Virus record (IMG/VR): IMGVR_UViG_3300024983_000137
DNA: 64,000 bases
Direction: 5' to 3' (one strand)
Source: a virus
The translations under genes and the position numbers were made by a program. The notes beneath the pieces were generated by a model, which had not been told where the DNA came from, searched no databases, and saw only the letters and a program-made list of their open reading frames with translations. Shown piece by piece: positions 57,259 through 64,000 of this stretch (the stretch's first letter is position 1; the number at the start of each line of letters is the position of its first letter).

Positions 57259-57647
57259 ATAGTTTCTTTTTTTAGGGTTTCGATTTGAAGTTTTAACCAG
57301 GTGTCGAATGAATCATACATTGACCTGGACATTACACACTTGTAATGGATATGCTGTATATACAGCTCACGCGCTGCAGTGATCGGACAGCTGATAAATG
57401 TCCGGGCTTTATCCAGCCAGTTCTTTTGGGCAAAGTGCCACTCGCTCCGGTACCAGTTCCAGAAGCGCCGGTCATACGCCAGTAGTCGGAAGTCTTCATT
57501 TTCGGATCCGAAAACTTTCTGAAGAAATGAGATACCTGATTCGAACAGGTGGTTATTATGTTCCTGGTCACTCATTCGAAGTGATCGCATGATCTCAGCT
57601 CCTGTCTGAGCATGCTGTTCTTTTGCTGTTTGGACAAATGTTTTCAT
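57240..57647 (-). CDS. Hypothetical protein, 135 aa
   Basis: Start moved to MKTFVQ at 57647 (ATGA overlap); FWNWYRSEW. Confidence 0.55.
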   Translation of the reverse strand: MKTFVQTAKEQHAQTGAEIMRSLRMSDQEHNNHLFESGISFLQKVFGSENEDFRLLAYDRRFWNWYRSEWHFAQKNWLDKARTFISCPITAARELYIQHIHYKCVMSRSMYDSFDTWLKLQIETLKKETICTQTT

Positions 57648-57838
57648 TCTATTTCTGTTTGCAGGCTGTAGCCGAGCTGCAGCAGTTGTTTTACATATTT
57701 GTTCTCCTGGGCGTGTTCCTGAAGCGATACTCCTACGAACAGCGTTCGTTCTCTCGTTTTTAATCTTACTTCCGGGATGCTTTTTCTTAACCGGTGGTGC
57801 AGATAGTATCTGCGTGCGTTTTTTTTTTTTGTTTTCAT
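57644..57838 (-). CDS. Hypothetical protein, 64 aa
   Basis: RRYYLHHRLRK...LGYSLQTEI. Confidence 0.55.
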   Translation of the reverse strand: MKTKKKNARRYYLHHRLRKSIPEVRLKTRERTLFVGVSLQEHAQENKYVKQLLQLGYSLQTEIE

Positions 57839-57852
57839 GGTTCATAGCATTA

Positions 57853-58461
57853 TTATATTATTCCGTATAGATCAGCCTTCTCATCGTGTATTATCATAGT
57901 TCCGCCGGGACAACGTCCGCCGATAAATACCTGAAGACCCTCTATTCGCATGATTATTTTCGCTAATTTTTTAACTAGCCTGCCAGCTGCTGTTGCAGGT
58001 TCTTTTCGGTCTTCGTGAGATATGAATATGATTAGGATGTTTTCGTGTTTACGCATGAAATCAACGATTCCATTTCTCTTGAATTCATCCATATACACTG
58101 TCATATTATCTATCACAACTATTCTTGCCGCATTACGCTGTTTCAGCTTTTCGGTCAATTTTTCGATTGTGATGTATGGTAAAAAACCGATCTTGTTGGT
58201 AGCAGGTATTTCCGCTCTCTTACATGCCTCGACAAAGAGCGCATCAGTTCCTTCCTCTGCGGACACATACAACACTTTTTCAAAGTTGCTCAGATACTTC
58301 ACCAACGATAATGTAAATGCAGTTTTACCATGTTTTTCCTTACCTTGTATTGACCAAACACCGTTCTTTGGGGCATTGCCAAAAATTTCCAACCATTTTC
58401 CGTCGAAATCAAAACAAGAATGTTTCATGTCATACAAGTTTCTGGCTGATAAAATTTTCAT
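57853..58461 (-). CDS. P-loop ATPase (RecA/Sms-like)
   Basis: GKEKHGKT Walker A, VLYVSAEEG, IVVIDNM. Confidence 0.75.
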   Translation of the reverse strand: MKILSARNLYDMKHSCFDFDGKWLEIFGNAPKNGVWSIQGKEKHGKTAFTLSLVKYLSNFEKVLYVSAEEGTDALFVEACKRAEIPATNKIGFLPYITIEKLTEKLKQRNAARIVVIDNMTVYMDEFKRNGIVDFMRKHENILIIFISHEDRKEPATAAGRLVKKLAKIIMRIEGLQVFIGGRCPGGTMIIHDEKADLYGII

Positions 58462-59333
58462 TAGTTCATTTTGATTAAGGTTTCCAAATAGCGAAGTGTA
58501 CCTTCTTTCTTCATTGCCTTGGTTACGAATTGGCGAACCGCTGTTTTATCAGAAACATTAACACCTGCTACATCTTCAAGCAGCTGCATATAGAATTGAT
58601 CACGCTCATGTTTTCCTGTCGGAGTAACAGAGATGAACTCATCAGAGAACCGGGAAAATATTTCACGATATCCAACCTTTTCATTTTGAATTCCGCGTCT
58701 GATTTTAGCACGCAATCCATCCGCACCGATCATATACCAGGCACAAGAGCCGGAAGTAGCATTCCAAAGCTCTTTTAATTCTAAAAATGCGTTATAATCC
58801 AAATCACCTGCCTCATCCAATGCGATGATTGGCATTTCAATGAGGTTTAAAAAGTATTTCAAGTTGCTTTTAACATCAATGTATTTGCCTGTTGATTCAA
58901 CGCCTACCGTTTTAGCAAGTGTTCGGATAAATTGCTGCTTTGTTTTTGCCTGAGAACAGTCTAAGTAAAAAGCATTTTTCATTGTACGGATAACATGCTT
59001 TACGCAAAATGTTTTGCCGATACCACAATCATCCACCAGTATCATTGAGGTATTATTCTGCTGGCAGAATTTCAATGAATCTTCTATCTGCTCATATACA
59101 ACTGTTCGGGCAACCTTCCATTTGCTTTCCTTCAGTTGTACGTCCATCATTCGACCAATGGTTAACCACTGAGTATCTGAAAGGATTCGTTCTAATTCTC
59201 CTTTTTTCAGTCTTGAATAAATGGGGGCAGAAGTACCTATTGATTTCGCAAAATCAGAGTCTGAACCTCCGTAGTTCTCACGTGCTGACAAAACAGCATC
59301 TCTTACCTTTTCTTTAAATAAAGTTGTTACCAT
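58461..59333 (-). CDS. MuB-like transposition ATPase
   Basis: DDCGIGKT Walker A, IALDEAGDL Walker B; directly after the transposase. Confidence 0.82.
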   Translation of the reverse strand: MVTTLFKEKVRDAVLSARENYGGSDSDFAKSIGTSAPIYSRLKKGELERILSDTQWLTIGRMMDVQLKESKWKVARTVVYEQIEDSLKFCQQNNTSMILVDDCGIGKTFCVKHVIRTMKNAFYLDCSQAKTKQQFIRTLAKTVGVESTGKYIDVKSNLKYFLNLIEMPIIALDEAGDLDYNAFLELKELWNATSGSCAWYMIGADGLRAKIRRGIQNEKVGYREIFSRFSDEFISVTPTGKHERDQFYMQLLEDVAGVNVSDKTAVRQFVTKAMKKEGTLRYLETLIKMN

Positions 59334-59335
59334 AG

Positions 59336-61435
59336 TTAGAAATTATTTCGCCATCCATTTGATGCAGGACGGTCCTGATTGATTATTACAAATTCATCCT
59401 CATGCTCCGGTAGTTGCTCAACTTCCGTTTCTCTTGGTTGGAATCTATTTAAGCCCGGTATTTGAAACCGTACTTTAGGTTCTGGCTGTTGTTCTTTACC
59501 AATAACCAATACCTTGTCGATTGTTTTCTTTTGAAGCTTTGCAAACGCTTCTACAGATGCCACATATTTTGATTGTATCTCACGAGCTGCACGATCTGCA
59601 TCTGTCTGCTCAGCCTGAGCACGATTGTAGCGTGGTATAGGTAGCAGTTCACAAACATATTCTCCGTCTAAGAATGCAATCGCTTTAAGAACGGATCCAT
59701 CGTTAGCATCCAGCCAATATACCTGAAGGGGCTGACCTTCAATTTTCTTCATTTTGGCAATCAGAGATTCACCTGTCAGAATCTGACCATCATCTCCAAT
59801 CATTCGTTTTCGGCCTTGTAATATGATATAGCCTACATTGCAGGAAGTTTTTTGTTCATAACCGATATAAGGAAGTATGGCACGCCAGTTTGTTTCAGGT
59901 ACATCCGGGTTTTGCATCTCAAGGAAATACTCAAACCTTGATAACTCTGCATTTTGGGCAGACGGCATATTATTCCAGTCTTCAATATTTTTTAAACGTG
60001 CATCAATCAACTGTTCCAGAGGAAGAACAGGAACATGATGATTCCCTTCCTGGTTTGATTCTGATTTTGCAAATGGTCTGGCTAACCAGCCTAATTCTTT
60101 TTTCTCAACCTCGTAACGCAGTTTTCCAAATTCCCTTTCAATATACTTTCCACGAGCATTATTAGCTTCAATTCTAACTTTTTGAAACATTGCACCTTCG
60201 CGAAGGAACGTTCCTTTGAAAGATGAGTTCAAAGAACTTTCACACTCTAATTCATAAGGAATAGGCAAATTCCAATCGGTATAATTCCTCACCAATTGGC
60301 GGTAAAAATCCAGTATAATACCATCTTTTGTTGCTCCGTAAACAAACGCTGTAAAACATCCGGAAGCAACGTCACAACCGATATAAAACCAAATTCGTTT
60401 TTTAATGGTTTTCGCTTTTCCATTGACAGTGACCTTTTCCTCATATTCAAATGGTGGCTGCCGGTCGTCGATGGAAAGTAAGGATCCTGAAAATATTGGC
60501 AGATCCATTTCGTGATGAGGTTTGAATAACTGCATATTTCGCTGGCGGTCACCGCCACGAATCTGATGTGTGGCAATAGTATTCTCCCAATCTGACAAGT
60601 AGGACATAATAGTGGATCGGCTGATTTTCTTGAAATCTTTCGGATTGTACATTTCTCCGGTAGATGTGTTAATTACTTCTAAATAGCCGGATAAGAAGCT
60701 ATCATATTGCCGGGAAACCTCTGTCATTGTCGGTTTGTAGTCTTGTCCGGCGAACAGGTCATTGAAAAATTTAATAAAAACGGAATCTACCTTGCGGGCA
60801 TTATCGTTGTTTCTTCTGCCATCAATGAGCGATGTATAACCGTCTTTATCATACTTTGAAAACTTCTTTCGAAGACCGTCTGGAGAGATAGGCAGTGAGT
60901 GAGGAACCTCTGTGAAATTGTTGACTTCTGTTGACAGGATAATCCAAATATCCGAACAGGAAGAATTCATGAATTTCCTAAAAGCCTTTCTGTTTATATA
61001 TACTTTTTTTACCGTATTCAAAACAGATGCGTTATAGGTGTATTCTTCAATTTTGGGAAGATCCAATCGCCGGCGATCTTTTCCTTCTGTGTATTCCTGG
61101 GAAAAAAATCTGTAAGCTTTCTCATCCCATTCATATTGCTTTGAGAAATAGCTTTGTCGAACATTTTCCGGAGCATTACCAAATCTATGGACAAGTTGCT
61201 GCTGCCATTCACGGCACAACGAGTTAAATTCGACCAAGGACGGGTTTTTTGCAAATGGTTTTCTAAGTTGTTTTTCACAGCAAGTAATAGAATCCATTCG
61301 TTTTTTGAAAGCTCTATAAGAGATCAAACGAAGGCTATCTGGGTGACATGACTTATTTTTATCTTCTACAATAATATAAGCCACTTTCACACCCAGTTTA
61401 CCTTCGTAATATTCGTATGGACTTTCTTTTTGCAT
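59336..61435 (-). CDS. MuA-like DDE transposase
   Basis: SIDDRQPP, GCDVASG, ECESSLN, NARGKYIEREF; 699 aa. Confidence 0.85.
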   Translation of the reverse strand: MQKESPYEYYEGKLGVKVAYIIVEDKNKSCHPDSLRLISYRAFKKRMDSITCCEKQLRKPFAKNPSLVEFNSLCREWQQQLVHRFGNAPENVRQSYFSKQYEWDEKAYRFFSQEYTEGKDRRRLDLPKIEEYTYNASVLNTVKKVYINRKAFRKFMNSSCSDIWIILSTEVNNFTEVPHSLPISPDGLRKKFSKYDKDGYTSLIDGRRNNDNARKVDSVFIKFFNDLFAGQDYKPTMTEVSRQYDSFLSGYLEVINTSTGEMYNPKDFKKISRSTIMSYLSDWENTIATHQIRGGDRQRNMQLFKPHHEMDLPIFSGSLLSIDDRQPPFEYEEKVTVNGKAKTIKKRIWFYIGCDVASGCFTAFVYGATKDGIILDFYRQLVRNYTDWNLPIPYELECESSLNSSFKGTFLREGAMFQKVRIEANNARGKYIEREFGKLRYEVEKKELGWLARPFAKSESNQEGNHHVPVLPLEQLIDARLKNIEDWNNMPSAQNAELSRFEYFLEMQNPDVPETNWRAILPYIGYEQKTSCNVGYIILQGRKRMIGDDGQILTGESLIAKMKKIEGQPLQVYWLDANDGSVLKAIAFLDGEYVCELLPIPRYNRAQAEQTDADRAAREIQSKYVASVEAFAKLQKKTIDKVLVIGKEQQPEPKVRFQIPGLNRFQPRETEVEQLPEHEDEFVIINQDRPASNGWRNNF

Positions 61436-61615
61436 TTATTCTTCTATTATTGCTGCAACTTCTTTCTGAAGTAGCTCCTTAGCTCTTTTTCGAATTTCCT
61501 TTGATTTATCAGAGTTAAATACATAGTAAAGGCTCATTCTGACTGTTTGAATACTACAATCAAATTCTTTAGCCATTTGCTGCATATAATCGCCGTGAAT
61601 TCTTATTTTTTTCAT
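61436..61615 (-). CDS. Ner/Cro-like small DNA-binding protein
   Basis: QMAKEFDCSIQTVRMSL HTH; divergent from the repressor. Confidence 0.7.
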   Translation of the reverse strand: MKKIRIHGDYMQQMAKEFDCSIQTVRMSLYYVFNSDKSKEIRKRAKELLQKEVAAIIEE

Positions 61616-61667
61616 TACTTTGTTTTTGTTAAGTATTTTAGCAAATATATACAAGTTATCTCGTTTA

Positions 61668-62357
61668 ATGCAAATTTATATGCAAGAAAAATCGCTTATT
61701 AAGCAAAATATTTTACAATACATTGATTTTAAAGGTATTTCTAAATATAAATTTTACCAAGACAGTGGTATCACAAGAGGAATATTAGATCAAAACAATG
61801 GAATGTCTGAAGAAAACACAACGAAATTTCTCGCTTGTTTTCCAGAAGTTAATCCTGCATGGCTACTTACCGGAAAAGGGCCGATGTTGTTAAAAAGTTA
61901 CTCATCATTAGAGAATGAAAATGATATAAGCACAGTAAATGAACCGGTTGCTTTCTCTGGTAAAAAGAGAGGTATTCCTCTATTACCTATCGAAGCAATG
62001 GCAGGAGTGTTTAAAGGGGATATTCAGGTAATGGAATATGAATGTGAGTACATCTATATCCCAATGTTTAAAGATGCTCATTTTTTCATGCCGGTATTGG
62101 GTGATAGTATGTACCCAACTTATAATAATGGAGATATTGTTGCATGTAAAAAATTGGAGTCCTGGTCTTTTTTTCAAATAGGAAGAGTATATGTGATATA
62201 CACATCTCAAGGAGCAATTATCAAGCGGGTCATGAAAGGAAGCTCAGAAGACTATCTATTGATAGTAAGCGACAATGAAGATTACCCGCCATTTGAACTG
62301 CCTAAAAATGAAATATTGGGTGTTGCGTTGGTTATTGGCGGGGTTTGGGTGGAGTAA
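61668..62357 (+). CDS. Prophage CI-like repressor (HTH plus S24)
   Basis: ISKYKFYQDSGIT HTH; GDSMYP and IIKRV peptidase motifs; start could be 61668 or 61680. Confidence 0.88.
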   Translation: MQIYMQEKSLIKQNILQYIDFKGISKYKFYQDSGITRGILDQNNGMSEENTTKFLACFPEVNPAWLLTGKGPMLLKSYSSLENENDISTVNEPVAFSGKKRGIPLLPIEAMAGVFKGDIQVMEYECEYIYIPMFKDAHFFMPVLGDSMYPTYNNGDIVACKKLESWSFFQIGRVYVIYTSQGAIIKRVMKGSSEDYLLIVSDNEDYPPFELPKNEILGVALVIGGVWVE

Positions 62358-62431
62358 ATTCTTGTCTTGTTTTTAATAATGTAAATTTACTTAAAAATTA
62401 CAATACCTGTAGTATCCGCTATTTTTGAGAG

Positions 62432-62620
62432 TTACTGGCAAGCTTTGTTATTTCGCTTCTCCCAAATCACGTTTGCCGTTGCAATTATCGAGTAGCCATC
62501 AGTAGAAAAACCAGACGTGCTGACCCGTTCCCATTCACCTATTTCTTTAAGCCATTCCACTGCATCAGAATAACCTTTTAAATCGTAGGCAAAACGGGGT
62601 CTAACATTGGTTTTTGTCAT
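62432..62620 (-). CDS. Hypothetical protein, 62 aa
   Basis: Overlaps the upstream stop. Confidence 0.5.
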   Translation of the reverse strand: MTKTNVRPRFAYDLKGYSDAVEWLKEIGEWERVSTSGFSTDGYSIIATANVIWEKRNNKACQ

Positions 62621-63111
62621 TTTAAAATCAAAGCACCCAATAACACCCCATTTGTTACCAACGACCAGTTGCGTTGATTCTTAACCTTTTTCAACTTATG
62701 TTCACCGATGGCGATAATCGTGTCTTTACTGTTAATGATGTATCGTTGAGCAGTGATAACACTGTCCTGGACATTAATGATTGTTCGAAGGCTCTTGTTT
62801 TCAGCGGTCAGAGTATTGATGAGTGTATCTTGGATCTGCACTATTTGAAGCGTATCTCTTTTTGCCTTGTATGTTTCCAGCTCTTTCCGAAGATCCGCTA
62901 TTTCACCATGTATGGCGGCAACGATCTTTTTCTCGTTATTAATTGTGGTGTAGAAGTTATTAATATCAGCTTCTTTACCTTCAATCCGCTTTTCAATCGC
63001 CTTTTCAGACGGAACAGGATAGACTGGAGCAACTCCTTGTTTAAACACCAAGATTAGTATCAGTACTGCGATGCCGATAAATGTAAGAATTGGTAAAATG
63101 TGCTTTTTCAT
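62617..63111 (-). CDS. Membrane-anchored coiled-coil protein (spanin-like)
   Basis: N-terminal TM, long coiled coil, hydrophobic C-terminus. Confidence 0.5.
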   Translation of the reverse strand: MKKHILPILTFIGIAVLILILVFKQGVAPVYPVPSEKAIEKRIEGKEADINNFYTTINNEKKIVAAIHGEIADLRKELETYKAKRDTLQIVQIQDTLINTLTAENKSLRTIINVQDSVITAQRYIINSKDTIIAIGEHKLKKVKNQRNWSLVTNGVLLGALILK

Positions 63112-63298
63112 TGTATTGTTGTTGTGTACAAAGATAAGGTTTTAAATATATCAAACAATATTTAAGTTATTGATTATAAAATAATTAGTTTGTAAAAATA
63201 CAATGCAAAAAGGGGGTTGTTTCACGGTGTAAATATGTAAATTCAGCGGTTTTTTTATCTATATGTGGTATGTTTCACGGGTTTTAAAAACATTAAAA

Positions 63299-63636
63299 AG
63301 TTCACCCGTGAGTTCACCCGTGAGTTCACCCGAAGCAAAAAAGAGGGTAAAAACAGATAAAAGCTGCTGTGTACATACAGGAGGTTTAATGTGCTTTAAT
63401 TGGCATTAAAAAAGGAGTTAAAAAGGCTTTAAATTACCACTGTTTAAGCCGTTTTAAGGGCATTCTGAACGTTTAATGGTAGTATGTATCACTTTATCTG
63501 GTCAGAGTGATAATAGAATGGTAGTAAAATGGTAGTAAATGGTAGTATCCGGTTTAGTTGTTTTGGTATTACTTTCAGGCTTTTTTATCGCTAAACCGTT
63601 GATTTTTCAGGCTTTTCAGGCTTTTTTTCGGGCTTT
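63299..63636. repeat. Clusters of short direct repeats at the prophage right end
   Basis: AGTTCACCCG x3 (63299, 63311, 63323); AATGGTAGTA x4 (63475, 63517, 63528, 63538); TTCAGGCTTT x3 (63574, 63606, 63615) plus TTCGGGCTTT (63627). Confidence 0.75.
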
Positions 63637-63672
63637 TTTTATTTGGTTGTTTTGTTTTGTAGGGGTTATGAG

Positions 63673-64000
63673 CTAATTAATAAAGTTGATTCTCTCTACA
63701 AAAATCAGTTTGATAAACAAAAGATTATAAATCAACTTAGAGATCTTTCCTCTAAGAGAGGATATAAATGCGGAAAACAAAATAAATATTTATTAATGAT
63801 AATTAATAAATATGATATAATTCAACGTTTAAAGCCCTCTGAATTTGATATATGGAAAGATAAATTTGACTCAATTATCCCATCTTCTAAAATAACGACA
63901 AAATTCTACAATACAATTGTAGATAAAATGGGATATAGTGGATTTCGACAAGGAGAATATTTGCGTTTTGCTCAAGAATTACAAATAAAATCATGTGCCT
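63673..64000 (+). pseudogene. ptuB: Remainder of the interrupted PtuB-like (probable HNH) gene, running off the window
   Basis: 109 open codons LINKVDSLYKNQ...ELQIKSCA; ends at what looks like the first CxxC; the HNH motif itself is not visible. Confidence 0.68.

Larger units (their letters stand above)
28574..63667. mobile_element. Mu-like transposable prophage (~35.1 kb) with contractile-tail genes
   Basis: DDE transposase, MuB-like ATPase, CI repressor, DUF935 portal, gp36-like, sheath/tube/baseplate; flanked by ATGAG direct repeats at 28569-28573 and 63668-63672. Confidence 0.92.
11988..64000. mobile_element. Second integrative element (int-xis-rep-ATPase) carrying a defence island; contains the nested prophage; right end outside the window
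   Basis: Tyrosine integrase next to the att fragment, xis and replication genes, then defence cargo that resumes after the prophage. Confidence 0.7.

Noticed and set aside
63299-63334. Short periodic repeats as a CRISPR array
   Set aside because: 12-bp tandem units with no unique spacers.

Overview
Bacteroidota-type accessory region built from three stacked mobile elements. (1) 1-~11987 is the right part of an ICE-like element. It carries a PRTRC (ubiquitin-like E1/E2/Ub) cassette, a LexA-like repressor divergent from dinB-dnaE2, and an outer-membrane beta-barrel gene, and it ends at a duplicated tRNA 3' fragment (att site). (2) From ~11988 a second tyrosine-integrase element (int-xis-rep-ATPase) carries a defence island: a five-gene operon (S1/SF1 helicase - unknown - double-HKD PLD - CARF - CARF/PD-(D/E)XK nuclease) with no cyclase or CRISPR in the window, an AbiE-type TA pair, and a Septu-like ABC ATPase plus partner. 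(3) An apparently complete ~35.1 kb Mu-like transposable prophage (28574-63667) with contractile-tail genes has inserted after codon 9 of the ATPase partner gene, between 5-bp ATGAG direct repeats. The prophage carries a diversity-generating retroelement whose 68-bp template differs only at adenines from variable repeats in two small non-structural genes. It also shows two candidate -1 programmed frameshifts: the classic tail-chaperone one, and an unusual one that would fuse portal to a MuF/toxin-like protein. All product calls come from motif recognition and gene context, not from database searches.
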